This document shows positions 35,025 through 39,180 of a stretch of DNA of 39,180 bases, one piece after another. Every line of letters starts with the position of its first letter. Position 1 is the stretch's first letter. The position numbers and the translations under genes are program-made. The stretch spans positions 28,949,818-28,988,997 of the forward strand of contig NC_068986.1 of assembly GCF_001194135.2 (NCBI RefSeq), read 5' to 3'. The notes below the pieces were generated by a model. It worked only from the letters and a program-made list of their open reading frames with translations, was not told the origin of the DNA and did no database searches. This DNA is from Octopus bimaculoides (Eukaryota).

Positions 35025-35977
35025 TTTTCAAACTGGGAACTGAGAAAACTGATAAGGAGGATACAGGAGGTGGTCGAAAAAGCCAGCTTCTATATATGGC
35101 TGAAGTGGGAAGACCGAATATGGCTTGAAAGTCATAACATGTCTAGGTGAGACAGGCTGACACTGAAGTGGCTTCGCGCCCTCCATTGTCTGTTAAAGTT
35201 TAGACAGTGTCATGTGACAACTTGCTGGGGCTACTTGCTGGAGCCTAGCAGCGGGAAGTTTAGACAGTGTCATGTGACNNNNNNNNNNNNNNNNNNNNNN
35301 NNNNNNNNNNNNNNNNNNNNNNNNNNNNNNNNNNNNNNNNNNNNNNNNNNNNNNNNNNNNNNNNNNNNNNNNNNNNNNNNNNNNNNNNNNNNNNNNNNNN
35401 NNNNNNNNNNNNNNNNNNNNNNNNNNNNNNNNNNNNNNNNNNNNNNNNNNNNNNNNNNNNNNNNNNNNNNNNNNNNNNNNNNNNNNNNNNNNNNNNNNNN
35501 NNNNNNNNNNNNNNNNNNNNNNNNNNNNNNNNNNNNNNNNNNNNNNNNNNNNNNNNNNNNNNNNNNNNNNNNNNNNNNNNNNNNNNNNNNNNNNNNNNNN
35601 NNNNNNNNNNNNNNNNNNNNNNNNNNNNNNNNNNNNNNNNNNNNNNNNNNNNNNNNNNNNNNNNNNNNNNNNNNNNNNNNNNNNNNNNNNNNNNNNNNNN
35701 NNNNNNNNNNNNNNNNNNNNNNNNNNNNNNNNNNNNNNNNNNNNNNNNNNNTAAGACGTGTGGCCAGAACCTCCTGGAAAATAACCATAGCGAGGGACAT
35801 TCGACAGTTGAATTAGAACAGTCACAAACAGTGAAAGAAGGGGCCCCGCCACGTCAAAACGGTAGAGGAGTAGGGGCCGAAACCGGACGTGGTTCCTCCT
35901 GATGATGTTTTGAGCTAACTGGATCCTATAAAGGAGCTGTTGTGGTAGCAGACCACGAAACATGGTTGAAATTCCTC
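35025..35977 (+). mobile_element. Hero-like (R2 superfamily) LINE 3' fragment: ORF end plus putative 3' UTR with a 60-bp tandem repeat (gap inside)
   Basis: FSNWELRKLIRRIQEVVEKASFYIWLKWEDRIWLES* (35025-35150) resembles the Hero C-terminus E.AEKAS.W.WLK. Whether the post-gap part belongs to the same element is inferred. Confidence 0.55.
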
Positions 35978-36422
35978 ATAGGGAAAATCCTACAAGGGCT
36001 AGTACCTAACTTTGGCATTGAGTGTTATACAAATGCCAGAACCGGCTTCCATTGAAAGGTATTGTCCACTTCATCTAAATTCAGGACCAGGTATTGTGAT
36101 AGTCTAGGGTTCAAAGGCCCACAGCTTTTCAATGCCCTGCCCAAAAAATTAAGAAATTTGTATAAGGTGGAAGTAGATGTCTTCAAATAGGAATTAGACA
36201 TCCTCCTCTCCACAATACCGGATGAACCAACAGCCCGACATGAGGTGCAGACGAGGGCAACGGTATCAAACTCAATTATACATCAAATGTACCAACAGCT
36301 GGGAAAAAGACGCATACAGGCGTGCTGATGTGAGACACCCTGACTGAGGAAGTCAGAAAGACCATGGTGGTGCTCCAGCATGAGCACAGCCGCATGGCTG
36401 AGACAAGTAAAGAGTAAATGAG
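35978..36422 (+). mobile_element. CR1/L2-type LINE ORF2 C-terminus (part 2) and 3' UTR/tail
   Basis: GKILQGLVPNFGIECYTNARTG...DSLGFKGPQLFNALPKKLRNLYKVEVDVFK*ELDILLSTIPDEPT...SNSIIHQM, stop at 36326-36328. Ends GGTGGTGCTCCAGCATG...GAGACAAGTAAAGAGTAAATGAG. Confidence 0.85.
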
Positions 36423-37499
36423 TATATATATATATATATATNNNNNNNNNNNNNNNNNNNNNNNNNNNNNNNNNNNNNNNNNNNNNNNNNNNNNNNNNNN
36501 NNNNNNNNNNNNNNNNNNNNNNNNNNNNNNNNNNNNNNNNNNNNNNNNNNNNNNNNNNNNNNNNNNNNNNNNNNNNNNNNNNNNNNNNNNNNNNNNNNNN
36601 NNNNNNNNNNNNNNNNNNNNNNNNNNNNNNNNNNNNNNNNNNNNNNNNNNNNNNNNNNNNNNNNNNNNNNNNNNNNNNNNNNATCTATTTACATACATAC
36701 ATATAAGCACACACACACACATACATATAAACAACTGTTTCAAAATGCATGCATGTACGTATGTATGTATCAGTAAGTTTCAATGGGTTTCTTGTGTGGG
36801 CGTAGGTGTTTGTTTGGAAGTGAGTGTAATCAAATATAAATGGGTTCAGCTATGTTCATATAACTACATAGATACATAAAAAATATGTGTGTAAATGTGT
36901 ATATATATGTATCCATGCACATGTGTACGAATGTATGAAACGTATACATTTATTTACGCATTTGTATATGCAAATATCTACATGGTGTAAGGAAATATAG
37001 TTGGGTCTAGGTCACTCTGAGATTATAGAGTAGGTTCGGTGAGAAGAGGAGGAGAATTCTTATCGGATTAAAGAATTTCATAAAAATATAAACAATAAAA
37101 GGAAACAAACAAAAGCAAATAATAACAAATAAGAATTTTATAAACTAATAGACGGTTTCACCAACCAAATTGAAAGCATTCAGTTTTGAAACTTGTGTAC
37201 TGGACTAATTAATTAACATAATCTCTTTGTACTCAAATAACAACATACGTCAATTAACCCCGTCATAAATCTCCATAGAGAAATTTATCGGGGGAATTTA
37301 AGAATTATAGTAATCATAATAATTTTTATGATTGGCACAAGACTACAATTCTTTCCTTTTTATGTGTGCTTAATAAACGCCATTACTTGGCGGCCATTTT
37401 GTTTTATCAGCCCTGCAAGGATAAAAGATGAAAAAATTCTACCTCAGCGAGGTTTGACAAACAGATACAAACGATGTTTCATGTACTTCTTTTATTTTA

Positions 37500-37835
37500 T
37501 TTATTCATTTATTTATTTTGTGTTGCCTCTTTTCCCTTGCTTCGTTGCTAGATTGCACCCATGCTGGGGCAGGAGACGGGGGGTACTCGAACAATTGATC
37601 CCCAGTGCTTATTTTTGAGTCTGATATTTATTCTATCGGCCCCTTTTGCCGAACCTCTCAATTACCGAGACGGGGAACACAAATACACAAACACACACAC
37701 AAACATTTTTTTCTTTTACTTGTTTCAGTCATTTGACTGCGGCTATGCTGGAGCACCGCCTTTAGTCGAACAAATCGATCATAGGACTTATTCTTTGTAA
37801 GCCAGTACTTATTCTATCGGTCTTTTGCTGAACCG
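37500..37835 (-). mobile_element. Two SINE B 3' fragments (old 37500-37700, younger 37710-37835)
   Basis: CTTGTTTCAGTCATTTGACTGCGGCTATGCTGGAGCACCGCC and a degraded analogue. Confidence 0.8.
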
Positions 37836-37864
37836 GAATTGACCTCATCGGTATTAATCAAATC

Positions 37865-38060
37865 TCAGCTTGCATTCCAGTAGCAGCAAACCAACAATCT
37901 GCTTTCTTAATACTCTGTAGCTTCAGTAATGGAACTTACGGTCTTCCTCTTTGCTGCACCAGTAATTCTAAGCTCAGTCAGACTTTTGCAGATTGAACTC
38001 TCTCAAGAACCCCCAGCAGTCTCCTTCAATTACCACGCAAAACACTTGCTAACCCAGGCT
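37865..38060 (-). mobile_element. Hero-like LINE RLE C-terminal fragment
   Basis: Minus strand: VIEGDCWGFL / SICKSLTELRITGAAKRKTVSSITEATE, matching Hero-type PIEVGCRGF...LGITGAAKR.AI..I.EAAE. Confidence 0.7.
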
Positions 38061-38399
38061 TCATCATCATCATCGTTCAACGTCTGCTTTCCATGCTAGC
38101 ATGGGTTGGACGATTTCACTGAAGACTGGTGAACCAGATGGCTACACCAGGCTCCAATCTGATTTGGCAGAGTTTCTACAGCTGGATGCCCTTCCTAACG
38201 CCAACCACTCCGAGAGTCTAGTGGGTGCTTTTACGTACCGCCGGCACGAAGGCCAGTCAGGCGGTACTGACAACGGCCACGCTCGAAATGGTGTATTTTA
38301 TGTGCCACCTGCACAGGAGCAATCCAGCGGTACTGGTAACGATCTCGCTCGAATGTCTTTTCACATGCCACTGGCACAAGTGCCAGGAAGGCGACATTA
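38061..38399 (-). mobile_element. 5'-truncated retroposon family E with (ATG)n tail and ~60-bp internal repeats
   Basis: Plus strand CATCATCATCATCGTTCAACGTCTGCTTTCCATGCTAGCATGGGTTGGACG...GCTGGATGCCCTTCCTAACGCCAACC, with repeated GCGGTACTG...ACG...CGCTCGAA units. Confidence 0.75.
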
Positions 38400-38530
38400 G
38401 TAACGATGGAACATATGGCCCTCGTCTTTGCTGCACCAATAATTCTAAGCCCAGCTAGAGGTTTGCAGATTGAACTCCTCCGCTAAACCCCAGCAGCCTC
38501 CTTCAATTTTCTCGCAAAACGCTTATATCA
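38400..38530 (-). mobile_element. Second copy of the same Hero-like segment
   Basis: Minus strand: CEKIEGGCWGLA / SICKPLAGLRIIGAAKTRAICSI; paralogous to 37925-38060. Confidence 0.7.
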
Positions 38531-39139
38531 GAAATCTTAATAAAAATGCAATCATAATGACTAAAATAAGTTTTACATAAAACATACCATGTCCGACATC
38601 TCAAATATGGCGCGTTTGAGAATCCTTATGAAGTGGTTGTTATAATAGGTGCCCCTTATTGTATCGGAAAGCAGATTAAAGATTTAACTTGAAAGACTCC
38701 CGTGGGAGTATGTGCGTGTATGTGTGCGAAGCGTATAGAAATCTATTCTGCTGAGCACATGCGCTATAATGCTTTCACTTGTGTAGCTATTACCGCCATT
38801 ACTGAATCAAACCGACATTGTCGTATTATTATTATTATTACTTAAATATGATTGATCAAATTTGTTGTACACAACTAATTCCAATTTAGAACCAGCGAAA
38901 GTTGATTGACAAACTGTAAACTGAAAAAAAAGGAAGGAAAATTGCGAAATGAACTGTTATAGCAGCAACAGCAACAACTGCAGCAGCAGCAGCACCACCA
39001 ACAACAACAATGACAAGAGCAACAAATAGAACAACAACAGTAAAAAAAAATTGATGATCAAGTGGAGGGTAACATCAATGGCGGCGATGGTAATGAACAT
39101 GATGATGATCGTGCTGATGGTAATGTTGTTGCTGTTGTA

Positions 39140-39142
39140 AGT

Positions 39143-39180
<38 letters not shown>
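39140..39180 (+). repeat. (GGT)n(GGC)n microsatellite running off the window end
   Basis: Directly visible. Confidence 0.95.

Noticed and set aside
35870-35975. Hammerhead-ribozyme-like motifs (CTGATGA at ~35899; GAAAC at ~35878 and ~35957)
   Set aside because: The core elements cannot be assembled into a three-stem junction: only 4 nt separate the UH triplet and CUGAUGA in one arrangement, and stem II lacks the G-C closing pair in the other. At most a degenerate relic; an Infernal search with Rfam hammerhead models would settle it.

Overview
This is AT-rich, microsatellite-saturated animal genomic DNA with 12 assembly gaps (about 4.4 kb of N). The repeat families resemble those I recall from octopus genomes, so an Octopus short-read scaffold is the likely source (inference, not verified). 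I found no intact host gene, rRNA, true tRNA or CRISPR array. Almost all ORFs in the supplied track are microsatellite translations or run through N-gaps. What the sequence does support is a dense retroelement graveyard. It holds two R4/Dong-like LINE remnants, three Hero-like fragments, a CR1/L2-type LINE 3' end split by a nested insertion, and a possible L1/Tx1-like 3' end. It also holds a decayed Tc1/mariner transposase, hAT-like MITE ends, and many copies of several SINE-like families that I label A to E. The most interesting observations are mechanistic: an R4/Dong element inserted in an (AAT)n microsatellite with a visible target-site duplication, two SINE 3' tails that match LINE 3' ends in the same window, SINE A occurring as head-to-tail multimers with a recurrent junction, and an apparent ~135-bp target duplication. 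A few unique islands look regulatory or structured but are weakly supported. I found no convincing new gene system.
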